This document shows, piece by piece, positions 62,703 through 64,000 of a stretch of 64,000 bases of DNA (positions are counted from its first letter, which is position 1; every line of letters begins with the position of its first letter). Both the position numbers and the translations under genes were made by a program. Origin of the DNA: Cetorhinus maximus (Eukaryota). The stretch lies in contig NW_027597768.1 in NCBI RefSeq assembly GCF_964194155.1, forward strand, positions 1-64,000, written 5' to 3'. A model generated the notes under the pieces. That model did no database searches. It was not told where the DNA came from and saw nothing but the letters and a program-made list of their open reading frames with translations.

Positions 62703-63510
62703 TTCACTTCCCCAGAGATCAGTGAAGGCTGGGTCATTGCACATTTTCAAGGCTGAGTTAGCTGCATTAATTTTTGATCCACAAGGCAGTCATGGGTTAT
62801 GGGTGCGAGGAGAAATGTGGCGTGAAGGCCAGAATCAAATCAGCCATGATCTCACTGAGCAGGCTTGATGGGCCGAATGGCCTCTGCTGCTGTTATTTCT
62901 CACAATCTTATGAAGGTGGGCTGCTTCAGCGAGCGGAGTGCATGTTTGGCCATCTTGTTGGGGAACAGAGAATTGGTGGAACTTCAGCATCCCAGTCATC
63001 AGGAGATAAGAGGGGAACGTATGTGAAACAGGGTGTTAAACCTTCGGGGAACCAAGAGAGAAAAAAATGCTTCATAGAAACTAGAATTTTTCACTCTGAA
63101 TTTCTGGTCTTTCCTGACAGCGCTAACTTTTGTAAACTCCTTTTACAGCATATCAGAAAGGGAGGATTTGAAAATGGAAAGCTCAAACCAAACATCACAG
63201 CAAGATCTGACAGAGCCACTTGTTTCATCAGGACCTGAATATTATCCGCCTTTGAGTGTAGCAGGAGAAATGTTTGTCTGTTTACCCGTGGGAAAAGATT
63301 TCAAGCATCAGTGTGACTGGAAAAGCACCAAGACACACACACCCATGTAAGCATGTTCCAGTGAATTGACTGTGGAAAGAGTCTTAACCAGTTAAACAAC
63401 CTGTAAAACATTACCCCATTCACAGTGGAGAGAAACCACACACATATTCTGTATGTGGATGAGGCTTCAACTGATCATCCAATCTGGAGAGACACAAAGG
63501 CACCCACACT

Positions 63511-64000
63511 ATGGAGAAACCATGGAAATGTGGGGACTGTGGGGAGGGTTTCAGTTACCCTTCTGAACTGGAAATTCATCGACGCGCTCACACTGGGGAG
63601 AGACCATTTACCTGCTCCAATTGTGGGAAGGGATTCACTCAGTCGTCCAGCCTGCTGACACACCAGTATGTTCACACTGATCAGAGACCTTTTGAATGTT
63701 CTGACTGTCAGAAGAAATTTAAAAGCAAAAAATATCTTCTCAGACACCAACACATTCACAGTGGGGAGAAGTCATTCACCTGCTCCATGTGGGAAGGGAT
63801 TCACTGCTACATCTAACCTGCAGAAACACCAGCGAGTCCTCACAAATGAAAGACCTTTTAAATGCCCAGACTGTGGGAAGTGCTTTAAAAGTTCTGGGGA
63901 AGTGATATGCCATCAACGTGTTCACACAGACGAGAGACCGTTCAGATGCTGTCACTGTGGGACTGGGTTCAGGCGATCATCTGAACTCACTGTACACCAG
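63511..64000 (+). pseudogene. C2H2 ZNF, 3 fingers then a 2-nt deletion frameshift (~63790); array continues past the window end
   Basis: TGC TCC ATG TGG GAA GGG in place of ...ATG TGT GGG AAG; downstream KCPDC and RCCHC fingers are in another frame (could also be a sequencing error). Confidence 0.75.

Noticed and set aside
19690-63510. Selenocysteine recoding of the conserved TGA codons
   Set aside because: The TGAs are not at Cys positions, one copy has TAA, the leader is full of frameshifts, and I see no convincing SECIS in the 3'UTR.
3429-64000. CRISPR-like 84-bp periodic repeat/spacer pattern
   Set aside because: This is the C2H2 linker/finger periodicity in a vertebrate genome.
3090-64000. 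ZNF cassettes as autonomous transposons or retrocopies
   Set aside because: No TIRs, TSDs, poly(A) tails or transposase seen; introns, promoters and flanking TE junctions are co-duplicated, which indicates segmental duplication.

Overview
Eukaryotic vertebrate DNA. The repeat content (Deu-domain/SacSINE1-like SINEs, abundant CR1 and L2, Penelope) points to a cartilaginous fish, probably a shark; this is an inference. The window is a dense cluster of about 14 paralogous tandem C2H2 zinc-finger (ZNF) gene copies on both strands, roughly 6 plausibly coding and the rest truncated or pseudogenised. They are interleaved with CR1, L2, Crack-like, RTE and Tx1 LINEs, SINEs, Penelope elements carrying hammerhead-ribozyme cores, a GalEa-like Ty1/copia element and other LTR relics. 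I see no KRAB, SCAN or BTB domain. Most copies instead share a stereotyped cassette: CpG-rich NRF1/YY1/CCAAT promoter (often between head-to-head pairs), conserved intron end and splice acceptor, a leader of three 'fossil' fingers interrupted by shared in-frame stops, a start codon just before a conserved W-K-C-G-D-C...L-E-x-H first finger, a variable finger array, then a conserved post-stop sequence and 3'UTR. This KRAB-less ZNF cassette family is the best candidate for an undescribed system. All alignments were made by eye and coordinates of degenerate repeats are approximate.
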